NCBI RefSeq assembly: GCF_000148385.1
Contig: NC_014537.1
Location: 870,001-902,000, forward strand
DNA length: 32,000 bases
DNA from: Vulcanisaeta distributa DSM 14429
Lineage (GTDB): Archaea; Thermoproteota; Thermoprotei; Thermoproteales; Thermocladiaceae
Reading direction: 5' to 3'
This document shows positions 1-8,997 of the stretch, in pieces. The notes under the pieces are model-generated. The model ran no database searches and was not told where the DNA came from. It was given only the letters and a program-made list of their open reading frames with translations. Position 1 is the stretch's first letter. Every line of letters starts with the position of its first letter. Both the position numbers and the translations under genes were made by a program.

Positions 1-190
1 GCGTCCACGCCGTAGCCGGTCAACCGTAGGGTTGACTGGTTACGGAACCCGGCGAACCGGGTTAGGCCCGGGAGGGAGCGGCCCTAAGTCGGGGTGGGCG
101 CGTTCAGGGGGTTGCCGGTTGGAGAATGGGCCGGCGTAATCCCTGACCTACTACACATACCAATACGTGGGGTTGGGTCCCGCCGCCATG
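1..190 (+). ncRNA. Signal recognition particle (7S/SRP) RNA, 3' portion; 5' end lies outside the window
   Basis: A GC-rich block is set in AT-rich flanks. A perfect 16-bp hairpin (10-25 with 30-45) carries a GTAG (GNAR) loop, like helix 6. The sequence aggccc-GGGA-gggagcggcc (64-83) parallels the conserved helix 8 motif, as recalled from E. coli 4.5S (AGGUCC-GGAA-GGAAGCAGCC). The block ends in cccgccgcc (179-187), followed by a T-rich tract. Confidence 0.7.
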
Positions 191-316
191 TGTTTAGTTT
201 AAATTGATTGGTCGATTGGTAGTTGGGTCATTATTCATGGCTCTTAGTAAGTGGTTTTACGTAGGTTCTTGCATTAGGTTTGTCTTCATAGAATAATATT
301 GTAACCAACTATAGTA

Positions 317-1639
317 TTATTTGCCTAGAGTTATTTCTTCAATTTCGTAATCAGAGTTATAACTGTTCTTGAGGATGTTTTCCCTTTTCATAAGCTCTTC
401 GTTGATGTCTAATCCATAGGCCTTACTTAGTGTCCTTAATTTAACGCTTTTCTCTATATCAATATCGCCCGTACTTGTTAATATGCTCTTGAATTCTACC
501 GTGTCGTTTCTTATCACAGGCTCTACGATGTTATTTATGATTCTTTTGCCGTTTCTTATCGTCATAAAGACTACGCTTGATAGTAATTGTAAATTACCAA
601 CATTGACATTTAATGGTGGGTTTGTCAGCCTTATTAATAACTCCTCAGGTGTTGATGCGTGGAATGTGGTCAGCATACCATGGCCGAGTGCCGAGGCTTG
701 GAATAGGGCGTGAACTTCTTCGCCTCTGACCTCACCGACTATTATGTAATCCGGTCTATACCTCACGGCTAATTTAACTAAGTCAAACATACTTATCCTA
801 GATCTGTCGTCCTCGCTCTCCCTTGTGAACATCCTAACCCAGTGCGGGTGTGGCAGGCGTATTTCTGGTGTGTCCTCTATGGTCACTATCTTTGAGTATG
901 TGGGTAACTTACTAGCTATTGCGCTGAGTAATGTTGTTTTTCCACTACTCATTGGGCCACTAATCATTATGAAGCCCTTAAGTTCAGCAATTAGCCATAG
1001 ATAGGCAGCTGCACTGGGCTTGAGTGTACCTCGTTGTATTAATTCTTCAAGGGTTAGGGGTTGTGGTGGAAACTTCCTTATACTAAAGGTTGGCCCTATC
1101 GTTATTTCACCAATCGTACCAGTGAATCTATGGCCTTCAGGGAGTATCGTCTCCAGGTATGGCTTTAATAATGAGACAGACCTCGGCAAACCCCTCCTAC
1201 TAATGCTCATTATGAAGTCCTTAGCCTCAACCTCGGAATTAAACCTGATGTTAGTCATCAACCTAATTCCTGGCAAGTCCCTATGTACTACGGTTATTGG
1301 GTGCAACCAGTTATTGAGTTCGACTTCCTCGATATTTGGGTCGGAAAGAGGTACCGTTATTGGTCCATAACCCCTCAAATCCCTTAATAGGTAATAGATC
1401 ACCGATTCCGCCAACTGCTTATTACCTATGTCCTTTAACACCTCATTAATTGCATCAAGTATTGCCATATTTCTCTGCCTCATGAAGTCTATGACCTTAC
1501 CCTTTAAGTCCATGCATTGAGAATCGCACTTGGGCTCCTTAACAATGTAGTAGTACGTGTTTTCCTTAGTAATTATTGATATTGGTATTCTAAAGTTGAA
1601 CCCATCTATACTAACATTAACTATGTAATTGCCCATCAA
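317..1639 (-). CDS. Type IV filament / archaellum-type secretion ATPase (FlaI/ArlI/GspE-PilB superfamily)
   Basis: 440 aa. It has Walker A GPMSSGKTT, an Asp box TIEDTPE, Walker B DYIIVGEVRGEE and a His box TTFHAS. The N-terminal YYYIVKEP and SDPNIEEV segments are colinear with archaeal FlaI as recalled. Confidence 0.9.
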   Translation of the reverse strand: MMGNYIVNVSIDGFNFRIPISIITKENTYYYIVKEPKCDSQCMDLKGKVIDFMRQRNMAILDAINEVLKDIGNKQLAESVIYYLLRDLRGYGPITVPLSDPNIEEVELNNWLHPITVVHRDLPGIRLMTNIRFNSEVEAKDFIMSISRRGLPRSVSLLKPYLETILPEGHRFTGTIGEITIGPTFSIRKFPPQPLTLEELIQRGTLKPSAAAYLWLIAELKGFIMISGPMSSGKTTLLSAIASKLPTYSKIVTIEDTPEIRLPHPHWVRMFTRESEDDRSRISMFDLVKLAVRYRPDYIIVGEVRGEEVHALFQASALGHGMLTTFHASTPEELLIRLTNPPLNVNVGNLQLLSSVVFMTIRNGKRIINNIVEPVIRNDTVEFKSILTSTGDIDIEKSVKLRTLSKAYGLDINEELMKRENILKNSYNSDYEIEEITLGK

Positions 1640-1709
1640 TTAAACCATCTCAATTGAAGATATAAGCCACTAACGTAATTTTAAACAGAGCATAACAGGT
1701 TGATTGTTT

Positions 1710-2159
1710 TTACTGGGAAATTGCTATACTCTCCGCCGCAACCTCCTGCCCACCATCTGTATGTCCTTCAACAACGACTATGTACTTATTACCGGTTATG
1801 AATTGTGTCGATGATGTGCCAACAATACTCGTTGACTGCCCTGGGTTTAATACGGTATTTAATGATTGCGTTACTATGGGTGTTTGTGAGTTCTGTGGGT
1901 ATATGGTTATTGAGGTTATGGTTATCGGCGTTGTTCCTATATTCTCAATGGTTATTGAGTATACATTACCTGCCAATTGTGGATTAACAATGCTTATTTG
2001 CGCCTGTGTGGTTAGTACGGAGGTCCTTGATTGGAAGTAATTATACAGCATTATTGCGGCCACTATTACGAAGACTATCATGAGTATTGTATATATTGGC
2101 CCACTCAAGTCCCCTCTTTTTTGTCTGTTTATTTTTCTTGTATTACTCCCGTAATACAT
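1710..2159 (-). CDS. Hypothetical pilin-like / FlaF-FlaG-like protein (candidate class III signal peptide)
   Basis: 149 aa. A basic N-terminus (RKINRQKRG) is followed by one hydrophobic helix (PIYTILMIVFVIVAAIMLYNYF). The rest is a Thr/Ser/Ile-rich beta-type domain (ITIENIGTTPITITSITIY). The minus strand has its own TATA-like box (plus-strand gatatttaagt, 2181-2191). Confidence 0.5.
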   Translation of the reverse strand: MYYGSNTRKINRQKRGDLSGPIYTILMIVFVIVAAIMLYNYFQSRTSVLTTQAQISIVNPQLAGNVYSITIENIGTTPITITSITIYPQNSQTPIVTQSLNTVLNPGQSTSIVGTSSTQFITGNKYIVVVEGHTDGGQEVAAESIAISQ

Positions 2160-2203
2160 CAGTAGGTTAGTCTCAAGTTGATATTTAAGTCACTAATGGT
2201 TAA

Positions 2204-2659
2204 TTAAGGCTGGGAGATCACGTATTGAGTGGTGTTTGTTTTGTAGATCATGCATACCGTGGTATTTGCAATGCAGAATACCGTGTTTAAGCTACATTGT
2301 TGGTAGGGTATTTGCCTACTAATTATTACGTAGTTTCCAGGGGCTAGGTAGGTATTATTCATGTAGATTTTCATGGTGTTACCCCGGCAGTTCATGTAGA
2401 TGCTGTTTAGGTTTATCGCCGTGTGCCCATTATTATAAATTACTAGGTATAGTTGGTTGCCTGTTCCGTTAGTTACTATTACGGCATCCGGTATGTAAAT
2501 GCTCGTGCTTGCTATCTGATTTATGGAGTTCATTAGTGAGATGGTCAGTCCCATGTGGCTGAGTACGGTGAATAAGGCATAGCCTAGGTATATCGAGCCT
2601 ACCAACAGCATTACTTCGGCGATTAACCTATCCAGCGCCATCCTATTAATAATCCTCAA
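2204..2659 (-). CDS. Hypothetical membrane-anchored protein, pilin-like / FlaF-FlaG-like
   Basis: 151 aa. An N-terminal hydrophobic helix (LIAEVMLLVGSIYLGYALFTVL) is followed by an Asn/Thr/Tyr-rich beta domain (LYLVIYNNGHTAINLNSIYMN) with several NxS/T sequons. The alternative start M7 is at 2641. Confidence 0.45.
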   Translation of the reverse strand: MRIINRMALDRLIAEVMLLVGSIYLGYALFTVLSHMGLTISLMNSINQIASTSIYIPDAVIVTNGTGNQLYLVIYNNGHTAINLNSIYMNCRGNTMKIYMNNTYLAPGNYVIISRQIPYQQCSLNTVFCIANTTVCMIYKTNTTQYVISQP

Positions 2660-2724
2660 CCTGATTAATAAGGGACTTCAATAATTTATTCTCATCATTT
2701 CTCGATTGGTGCGTAGTGTAAATG

Positions 2725-2733
2725 TTTTTAAAT
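2725..2733 (+). promoter_or_regulatory. TATA-like box for rps5 (tttttaaat), about 25-30 nt upstream of the ATG
   Basis: An AT box sits at the leaderless-type distance from the start at 2755. The same spacing recurs at most genes in this window. Confidence 0.45.
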
Positions 2734-2754
2734 GGTTTAGTTACGCCTTGATCG

Positions 2755-3366
2755 ATGAGTACTGAGTCTGCTGTTGAGGCTTGGCAGCCCAGGACGTGGG
2801 TTGGCAGGTTGGTTAAGGAGGGTAAGGTTAAGTCTATTGATGATTTATTCAGGCTTAACCTGCCCATTAAGGAGCCTGAGATCATTGACTTCTTCCTGCC
2901 CAACCTTAAGCATGAGGTCGTTAGCATAAATATAGTGCAGAGGCAGACCGACGCCGGTGAGGTTAGTCAGTTCCAGGTGGCTGTTGTCATCGGTAATGAG
3001 GATGGCTACGTGGGTGTTGGTATGGGCAAGGGTAGGCAGGTTAATCAGGCCATTGAGAAGGCAATTAGAGAGGCGAAGCTCAACATAATACCTGTTAGGA
3101 GGGGTTGCGGTTCATGGCACTGCTCATGCGATGAACCGCATAGCGTTCCGTTTAAGGTTGTTGGTAAGAGCGGCAGTGTTAGGGTCATATTAATACCGGC
3201 GCCAAAGGGCGTCGGCCTTGTGGCTGCTGATGCCGCTAAGGTCGTCCTTAGGCTTGCGGGTATTAGGGATGTATGGTCGTATACGTGGGGCGAGACTAGG
3301 ACGACGCATAACCTGGTTAAGGCAACCTACGATGCCCTAAGAAAGACCTATGCCTTCTCCATCTAA
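2755..3366 (+). CDS. rps5: 30S ribosomal protein S5 (uS5)
   Basis: 203 aa. Family-typical segments are present: [16 protein letters not shown] and [31 protein letters not shown]. Confidence 0.95.
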   Translation: MSTESAVEAWQPRTWVGRLVKEGKVKSIDDLFRLNLPIKEPEIIDFFLPNLKHEVVSINIVQRQTDAGEVSQFQVAVVIGNEDGYVGVGMGKGRQVNQAIEKAIREAKLNIIPVRRGCGSWHCSCDEPHSVPFKVVGKSGSVRVILIPAPKGVGLVAADAAKVVLRLAGIRDVWSYTWGETRTTHNLVKATYDALRKTYAFSI

Positions 3367-3416
3367 TTCCATGGAGGCTAAAGCTTAATAAATCATTGGT
3401 TTATTGGGTACTGACT

Positions 3417-3971
3417 ATGCAGGTTCAGGAGGGTGCGCAAGCCGTTAGGGGGACTCCTTATACGCGGATTGCCGTAATTAGACTTAAGGGCCTAGCAGAT
3501 ACACCACCAGATGTTGAGAAGACCCTCGACCTTCTCAGGTTAAGAAGGAGGTACACGTGCGTAGTCATTGATGAGAGACCGTCATACATGGGAATGCTTA
3601 GTGTAGTTAAGGACTGGGTTACCTGGGGCGAGATAGATGCTGACACTCTAGCCGAGCTATTGAGGAGGAGGGGTAGGTTAATTGGCGATAAACCACTAAC
3701 GGATGATTGGGTTAAGAAGTATGGATGGTCAAGCATTGAAGAGTTCGCGCTGGCTTACATAATGGGTGAGGTAAATCAATTATCCTGCCCTGAGAATAAG
3801 CCGTGGCCGAGATCAGGTAATAAGGTGCTTTGCATACCTGGGTTAAAGCCATTCTTTAGGCTTCACCCACCGTCTGGCGGTCTTAGGAGTATTAAGAAGG
3901 GATTTAATGAGGGTGGCGATTTGGGCTATAGGGGTATTGCCATTAATGAGTTAATACTTAGGATGATATAA
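3417..3971 (+). CDS. rpl30: 50S ribosomal protein L30 (uL30)
   Basis: [31 protein letters not shown] and the C-terminal [18 protein letters not shown] are typical of archaeal L30P. The track ORF starts at TTG 3396. I prefer ATG 3417 because a TATA-like cttaataaat (3384-3393) lies 24-33 nt upstream. Confidence 0.9.
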   Translation: MQVQEGAQAVRGTPYTRIAVIRLKGLADTPPDVEKTLDLLRLRRRYTCVVIDERPSYMGMLSVVKDWVTWGEIDADTLAELLRRRGRLIGDKPLTDDWVKKYGWSSIEEFALAYIMGEVNQLSCPENKPWPRSGNKVLCIPGLKPFFRLHPPSGGLRSIKKGFNEGGDLGYRGIAINELILRMI

Positions 3972-4032
3972 TCACCGTATAATTAATTATATGGTTATTA
4001 ATTTCCGGAGTGTGTACTTGGTTTAAGTTTCG

Positions 4033-4038
4033 TTTTTT
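4033..4038 (+). terminator. Oligo-T tract (T6) downstream of rpl30
   Basis: The tract cgTTTTTTaa lies about 60 nt after the rpl30 stop and before the rpl15 TATA box. Archaeal terminators are oligo-T runs. Confidence 0.3.
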
Positions 4039-4098
4039 AACTCGTGATGAAGGGAAGGTCATAAAATTTATTAAGGGTTTCAATAGTCAATCGTAGTC

Positions 4099-4572
4099 AT
4101 GGTTAGGCGATTCGAGAAGAAGGCTAGGAAGTATAGAGGTTCGAGGACGCATGGCTGGGGTAGGGTCGGCCAGCATAGGAAAAGTGGTTCCAGCGGTGGT
4201 AGGGGTAGGTCAGGGCTTCATAAGCATAAGTGGTCATTCGTGATGAAGTATGCCGAGGATTCCAGTGGTTACCCATTCTATGGTAAGCACGGCTTTAAGC
4301 AGCCCGAGACCATAGTCGCCGCGAGGCTCGGTATCAATGTTGGTGAGCTCGAGTCAATGCTCGACGAATTGGTTAGTAAGGGATTGGTGCAGGTGGTTGA
4401 TGGTAAGTACGTCGTTGATTTGTTAAAGATTGGCTTTAATAAGTTGCTCGGCAGGGGTAAGGTTAGTAAGCCCATGATTGTTAGGGCTGTCTGGGTTTCG
4501 AGGAAGGCCGAGGAGAAGATCAGGGCTGCTGGGGGCTCTGTGGAGTTGGTGCGGGGGGTAGTGCATGGCTAG
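4099..4572 (+). CDS. rpl15: 50S ribosomal protein L15 (uL15)
   Basis: 157 aa. It has the family signature RKYRGSRTHGWGRVGQHRKSGSSGGRGRSGLHKHKW. A TATA-like aaatttatta sits at 4064-4073. Confidence 0.95.
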   Translation: MVRRFEKKARKYRGSRTHGWGRVGQHRKSGSSGGRGRSGLHKHKWSFVMKYAEDSSGYPFYGKHGFKQPETIVAARLGINVGELESMLDELVSKGLVQVVDGKYVVDLLKIGFNKLLGRGKVSKPMIVRAVWVSRKAEEKIRAAGGSVELVRGVVHG

Positions 4573-6004
4573 TACTGGGCGTAGGTTTATAGACGTTGTG
4601 GAGCCGATACTGCGTTATGTACCCACCGTGCCCAGGCCCAGGGAAGCCCTGAGCATGGGCTCAAGATTGTTCTGGACATTCCTCGCAGTAACAGTTTACC
4701 TGCTAATGTCCATAACGCCACTTTACGGATTAAGCCCAGTGACGCCATCCTTCTTCATATCACCAGCCATAGCAGCCATACTGGGCATAACCTTCGGCAC
4801 ACTCGCGCAACTAGGCATTACACCACTCGTCGTGGCCGGTATAATACTTGAGATCCTGGTTTTCTCGGACATGATCAACATAGATCTTGAGGACCCGGAG
4901 GACCAGGCCAAGTTCAATGCATTACTGAAGCTTCTCGCAATAGTCTTTGGACTGCTCGAGGCCGTTGCTCTAGTGACCAGCGGCCAATTAATCCCAGTTA
5001 ACGCACTTGGTGGTGTCTTAATAGTTATTCAATTGCTTGTTGCCACGATAATAATAATTTTAATGGATGACATGATATCCAAGGGCTGGGGATTGGGTAG
5101 TGGAATTTCACTGTTCATATTGGTGACCATTGTAAAGCAGATGTTCGCGATGGCCTTCTCACCATTTACCCTGCCAGGCTCTGTGATTCCTTACGGCGCA
5201 ATCCCTGCATTGGCTGCAGCCATTTATTACGCAATCGGCGGTAAGATGACGTACCTAATGAGCATATTATACCAGGTGAACTTACCGAGCCTAACGGGCT
5301 TGATAGCCACGATAGCCCTGGCCCTCATTGTCCTTTACCTGGAGCTCATGGAGGTTTCAATACCGGTGGCACTGGTGCAGTACAGGGGTTATAGGTACTC
5401 AGTACCTCTGAAGTTGATGTATGTGTCGGTACTGCCCATAATATTCACGGCATACACCGTGTACTTAATCGGCGAGGGATTAACACTACTCTGGAGTGCG
5501 TACAATAGAGCCGATACTAACCCATTCCTTAACTGGTTGGCCTGTGCTCATATGACATCGGTAGGTCTAATACCATGCCCCAACTCATTACTTTACTACT
5601 TCACGGTGGTGCCTAGGAACATTGATGCTGCGTACATAGCGGTTCACATAATCATGTATGCAGCGTTATCCGTAATCTTCGCCATAGTATGGGTTAACCT
5701 AGCGGGCCTTAGCGCCGAGGACCAGGCTAAGTATATAGTTCAGGGTGGCATGCACATACCAGGCTTTAGGCCTAGCCCCAAGGTTATTGCTAAGTTCCTT
5801 GATAGGTACGTTAGGATGCTCACGATAATCAGCGGCTTAATAGTCGGTGTGATTGCGGCTCTTGGGGATATTGCGGGGGTCTTTGGTGGTGGTATTGGCT
5901 TAATACTCGTTGTTGAGATTGTGATCCAGTACTACACGTTGGCGCTTCAGGAGCAGTTGTTCGAGATTTACCCAGGCCTTAAGAGGCTCCTTGGTAAGGA
6001 GTAG
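4565..6004 (+). CDS. secY: Preprotein translocase subunit SecY
   Basis: 479 aa polytopic membrane protein immediately after L15, the conserved position. It overlaps the rpl15 stop by 8 nt, which suggests translational coupling. Confidence 0.95.
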   Translation: MASTGRRFIDVVEPILRYVPTVPRPREALSMGSRLFWTFLAVTVYLLMSITPLYGLSPVTPSFFISPAIAAILGITFGTLAQLGITPLVVAGIILEILVFSDMINIDLEDPEDQAKFNALLKLLAIVFGLLEAVALVTSGQLIPVNALGGVLIVIQLLVATIIIILMDDMISKGWGLGSGISLFILVTIVKQMFAMAFSPFTLPGSVIPYGAIPALAAAIYYAIGGKMTYLMSILYQVNLPSLTGLIATIALALIVLYLELMEVSIPVALVQYRGYRYSVPLKLMYVSVLPIIFTAYTVYLIGEGLTLLWSAYNRADTNPFLNWLACAHMTSVGLIPCPNSLLYYFTVVPRNIDAAYIAVHIIMYAALSVIFAIVWVNLAGLSAEDQAKYIVQGGMHIPGFRPSPKVIAKFLDRYVRMLTIISGLIVGVIAALGDIAGVFGGGIGLILVVEIVIQYYTLALQEQLFEIYPGLKRLLGKE

Positions 6005-6081
6005 TCCGAAACGTGAAAAAGCTTATAAATTAATGCCCACTCGTAATTTCCGTGGGCGGTAGACAAAGAACTAGCCTATTC

Positions 6082-6183
6082 ATGACGAGTGAGGAGGAGG
6101 AGAGGAAGTTAGGTAAGGCGTTAACTGAGACGGGTGGTTCATCGCAGCAACAAGGCAAGCAGGCTAAGGGAGGTAAGAAGTGA
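6082..6183 (+). CDS. Candidate small ORF (33 aa, MTSEEEERKLGKALTETGGSSQQQGKQAKGGKK); could instead be a non-coding transcript
   Basis: Not in the ORF track because it is too short. The ATG is at 6082 and TGA at 6181-6183. A TATA-like cttataaatt sits at 22-31 of 60xx (6022-6031), and T5 (6184-6188) directly follows the stop. The plus strand is purine-rich like other sense strands here. I recognise no homolog. Confidence 0.3.
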   Translation: MTSEEEERKLGKALTETGGSSQQQGKQAKGGKK

Positions 6184-6218
6184 TTTTTACTTAAAATTGA
6201 ACTTATTAGTGAGTTCAA

Positions 6219-7079
6219 ATGAGGGTTTTGAGGTTAAAACCAACAATTGACATTGCAATACCCAGCGACTTCCTCGCGGAGTCTCCCGACGATAGGGAGG
6301 CCATTAGGAAGATTGGCTACTTAGGCAGGGGTGCCGCAATTTTTCAAGTAAGTAAGATCATTGTTTATAGGCATAAATTAGCCGGCGAGAGGGATAGGAC
6401 CAACTTCATCATAAAGAATCTCCAGTACCTCGTGACTCCGCCATACCTGAGAAAGGACTTATTCAAACTTGACAGGGACCTTAAGTATGCCGGTTTATTA
6501 CCGCCGTTAAAGACTCCCAACCACGCCCCAGAAGGTATGCCGCAGAGGGGTGAGTATAGGGAGGGCATTGTTGTAAAGTGGGATGGTTACTTCTCGATAA
6601 TCAAGATTGGCGAGGGTGTGTATGCGAAGGTTCCTAAGCCAATGCCCCTAGGCACCAGGGTCATTGTGCAAATAGATGCGCAAACCACCAGGGGTGATAC
6701 ATATAGGGCACACGTTGTTCCTAGGGATCGCCTAAGTGTTTATTGGGGCTTCGAGGCAGAGGTTGTGGAGTTGAGTAGGTTATTTAGTGATTATGATTAC
6801 GTGATTTTAACGGGTAAAGAGGGTATGAACATTAAGGATGCCATGGAACAGTTAAGGAGTGCTTTAAGCAGGGATAGGGTTCTCGTGGTCTTTGGTTCGC
6901 CGTACCACGGCGTTGATGAGATACTTAGGGCTGAGGGTATGGAGGAGGCGTTGAGGAAGTATCCATTCATTAATTTCATACCTGGTCAGGGTGTTGAGAC
7001 TGTTAGGACTGAGGAGGCCGTGATAGCTGTACTATCAATACTAAACCTGGTTAGGTACCTGCATGGTTCGTTGCCTTAG
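6219..7079 (+). CDS. SPOUT-superfamily putative RNA methyltransferase (COG2106 / DUF171, C9orf114-like)
   Basis: 286 aa. The N-terminal IDIAIPSDFLAESPD...KIGYLGRGAAIFQV and C-terminal VLVVFGSPYHGV...INFIPGQGVETVRTEEAV match my recollection of this family. The gene sits immediately upstream of rpl3, as in the archaeal ribosomal superoperon. Confidence 0.75.
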   Translation: MRVLRLKPTIDIAIPSDFLAESPDDREAIRKIGYLGRGAAIFQVSKIIVYRHKLAGERDRTNFIIKNLQYLVTPPYLRKDLFKLDRDLKYAGLLPPLKTPNHAPEGMPQRGEYREGIVVKWDGYFSIIKIGEGVYAKVPKPMPLGTRVIVQIDAQTTRGDTYRAHVVPRDRLSVYWGFEAEVVELSRLFSDYDYVILTGKEGMNIKDAMEQLRSALSRDRVLVVFGSPYHGVDEILRAEGMEEALRKYPFINFIPGQGVETVRTEEAVIAVLSILNLVRYLHGSLP

Positions 7080-7094
7080 TCCAGGGAACTAATA

Positions 7095-7105
7095 ATTTTT
7101 AAATA
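7095..7105 (+). promoter_or_regulatory. TATA-like box for rpl3 (atttttaaata)
   Basis: An AT box lies 27-37 nt upstream of ATG 7132. Confidence 0.4.
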
Positions 7106-7131
7106 GGGTTGTGACTACGTAGGGCTGAACT

Positions 7132-8160
7132 ATGGGTTTAAAGATTCATAGGCCTAAGCGCGGATCCATGGCCTACTACCCAAGGAAGCGAGCTGAGTCT
7201 CTAGTGGCTAGGTTCAGGGTATGGCCAGACCCACACCCTGGCAAGCCCATTCTGCTTGGTTTTGCGGCTTACAAGGCAGGCATGGCTCATGCCGTGGTCA
7301 TTGATGATAGGCCTACAAGCCCATTCTACGGTAAGGAGGTTGTTAAGCCAGTCACCATACTCGATGCACCACCAATCAAGGTGATAGCCTTCAGGGCTTA
7401 CACCTATGATCCCTGGAAGAACCTGAAGCTGAGCCTTGGTGAGGTTTGGATGCCTGACGTACCCAAGGACATTTTAAGGAAAATACCCGTACTTCCTGAG
7501 AAGTTTAATAAGGAGGAGATGATGAAGAAAATACTCGATAACGTAGACGTGATAACGGAGGTTAGGGCAATCGTGGCAACACAACCAAGGCTCAGCGGTA
7601 TTGGTAAGAAGACCCCTGAGATCCTGGAAATACCCATTGGTGGTGTTGATGACATGAACCAAATAATTAAGTTCGCAGATTCCATACTTGGCAAGGACAT
7701 TAACATTAATGATGTGTTTAGTGAGGGTCAGTACGTAGATGTGGCGGCAATAACTAAGGGTAAGGGTTGGCAAGGTGTCGTTAAGAGGTTCAATGTCAAG
7801 ATACTGCCCAAGTGGCATAAGCATAGGAAGGGTTATAGGAGGATCGGAGCCATTGGTCCACAGAACCCAGCCCTAACATTCACAACACCGAGGCCGGGAC
7901 AAATGGGGCTTCACAAGAGGACTGAATATAATAAGCGAATACTCAGGATAGGAATGAATGGAGCAGAGGTAACCCCAAGCTCAGGATTTCCACATTACGG
8001 AATTATTAAGGGGCCATACATAGTCCTTGAAGGTACGGTACCTGGTGTCGTCAAGAGGCTTGTGACGCTTAGGTTTCCTGTGAGGCCTAGGCCACCGACA
8101 TATCCAACCGGTAAGGTTCAAATAGTCTGGTTATCAACACAGCCGTTGCAAGGTGCATGA
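7132..8160 (+). CDS. rpl3: 50S ribosomal protein L3 (uL3)
   Basis: 342 aa. HRPKRGSMAYYPRKRA at the N-terminus and the ITKGKGWQGVVKRF motif are present. Confidence 0.95.
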   Translation: MGLKIHRPKRGSMAYYPRKRAESLVARFRVWPDPHPGKPILLGFAAYKAGMAHAVVIDDRPTSPFYGKEVVKPVTILDAPPIKVIAFRAYTYDPWKNLKLSLGEVWMPDVPKDILRKIPVLPEKFNKEEMMKKILDNVDVITEVRAIVATQPRLSGIGKKTPEILEIPIGGVDDMNQIIKFADSILGKDININDVFSEGQYVDVAAITKGKGWQGVVKRFNVKILPKWHKHRKGYRRIGAIGPQNPALTFTTPRPGQMGLHKRTEYNKRILRIGMNGAEVTPSSGFPHYGIIKGPYIVLEGTVPGVVKRLVTLRFPVRPRPPTYPTGKVQIVWLSTQPLQGA

Positions 8161-8993
8161 GTATGGTGTCCCTAGACCTATCACCACTAATAAGGCCGAA
8201 GTACACCATACCGACGACGGTGAAGGTACTTGACCTAGGCGGTAATGCTGTTAGTGAGGTTTCACTGCCGCCGCAGTTCCTCGAGCCGATAAGGCCCGAT
8301 TTAATACTGAGGGCGTACATTAGTGCGTTGACTGCTAAGTTACAGCCTAAGGGCACTGACCCAATGGCTGGTAAGAGGACCACGGCCGTGAGTTTCGGCA
8401 TAGGGCTTGGCCTGGCGAGGGTCCCTAGGGTTAAGGGTAGCCTGTGGCCAACAGCCAGGTTTGCGCCTAATGTAGTTAAGGGTAGGAGGGCTCACCCGCC
8501 TAAGGTCGAGAAGGTTCTTCACGAGAGGATTAATAAGAGGGAGCGTAGGAAGGCCATTAGGTCCGCCATAGCCGCGACGGCGATTAAGGACTTAATTACC
8601 GCTAGGGGTCACATTGTTGAGAAGGTTCCCCAAATACCGCTTATTGTTAGTGATGACTTTGAGAGGATAGGTGTTATGGCTGATCTAAAGAAGGCGCTAA
8701 TGTCATTGGGTCTTTGGGATGATATCGAGAGGGTTGCTGAGAGGATTAGGGTTAGGTCAGGTAAGGGTAAGATGAGGGGCAGAAGGTACAAGGAGGGTAA
8801 GAGCCTACTTATTGTTGTATCAACCGTTGATGCCCCAGTTATTAAGGTTGCCAGAAACCTGCCTGGCGTTGATGCGGTCCCCGTGAGAAACCTAAGCGTG
8901 CTATACCTGGCGCCTGGCGGTGTTCCTGGCAGATTAACCGTATGGACACTAAGCGCAATTGAGGAACTACGTAGGGGCTTATTCATGGGGTGA
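8157..8993 (+). CDS. rpl4: 50S ribosomal protein L4 (uL4)
   Basis: 278 aa. It shares an ATGA overlap with the rpl3 stop. Typical segments are [23 protein letters not shown] and [11 protein letters not shown]. Confidence 0.95.
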   Translation: MSMVSLDLSPLIRPKYTIPTTVKVLDLGGNAVSEVSLPPQFLEPIRPDLILRAYISALTAKLQPKGTDPMAGKRTTAVSFGIGLGLARVPRVKGSLWPTARFAPNVVKGRRAHPPKVEKVLHERINKRERRKAIRSAIAATAIKDLITARGHIVEKVPQIPLIVSDDFERIGVMADLKKALMSLGLWDDIERVAERIRVRSGKGKMRGRRYKEGKSLLIVVSTVDAPVIKVARNLPGVDAVPVRNLSVLYLAPGGVPGRLTVWTLSAIEELRRGLFMG

Positions 8994-8997
8994 GGGC

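Noticed and set aside
207-218. 12-nt exact repeat attggtcgattg (also at 22038-22049)
   Set aside because: A single 12-mer recurrence is expected by chance many times in a 32-kb window read on both strands. It has no associated structure or flanking similarity.
483-2040. Plus-strand ORFs 483-713, 1020-1370, 1780-2040 and 1805-1987
   Set aside because: All lie antisense inside the ATPase or pilin-like genes, with hydrophobic low-complexity translations. I treat them as shadow ORFs. The same reasoning applies to the other short antisense ORFs in the track (for example 3458-3736, 7404-7824, 8087-8986, 13089-13310, 15033-15347, 16031-16336 and 22094-23207).
2646-2927. 93-aa minus-strand ORF overlapping the rps5 start and promoter
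   Set aside because: It overlaps a high-confidence ribosomal gene and its TATA box, and has no recognisable features.
4044-4050. GTGATGA (C-box-like) in the rpl30-rpl15 spacer
   Set aside because: No CTGA (D or D' box) occurs within the following 55 nt on that strand, so it is not a C/D sRNA.
6030-6218. 62-aa minus-strand ORF between secY and the SPOUT gene
   Set aside because: It is Cys/Pro/Leu/Ser-rich, which looks like antisense composition. Its start abuts the SPOUT ATG and it runs through the SPOUT promoter. The plus strand carries a better-supported unit (TATA, 33-codon ORF, T5).
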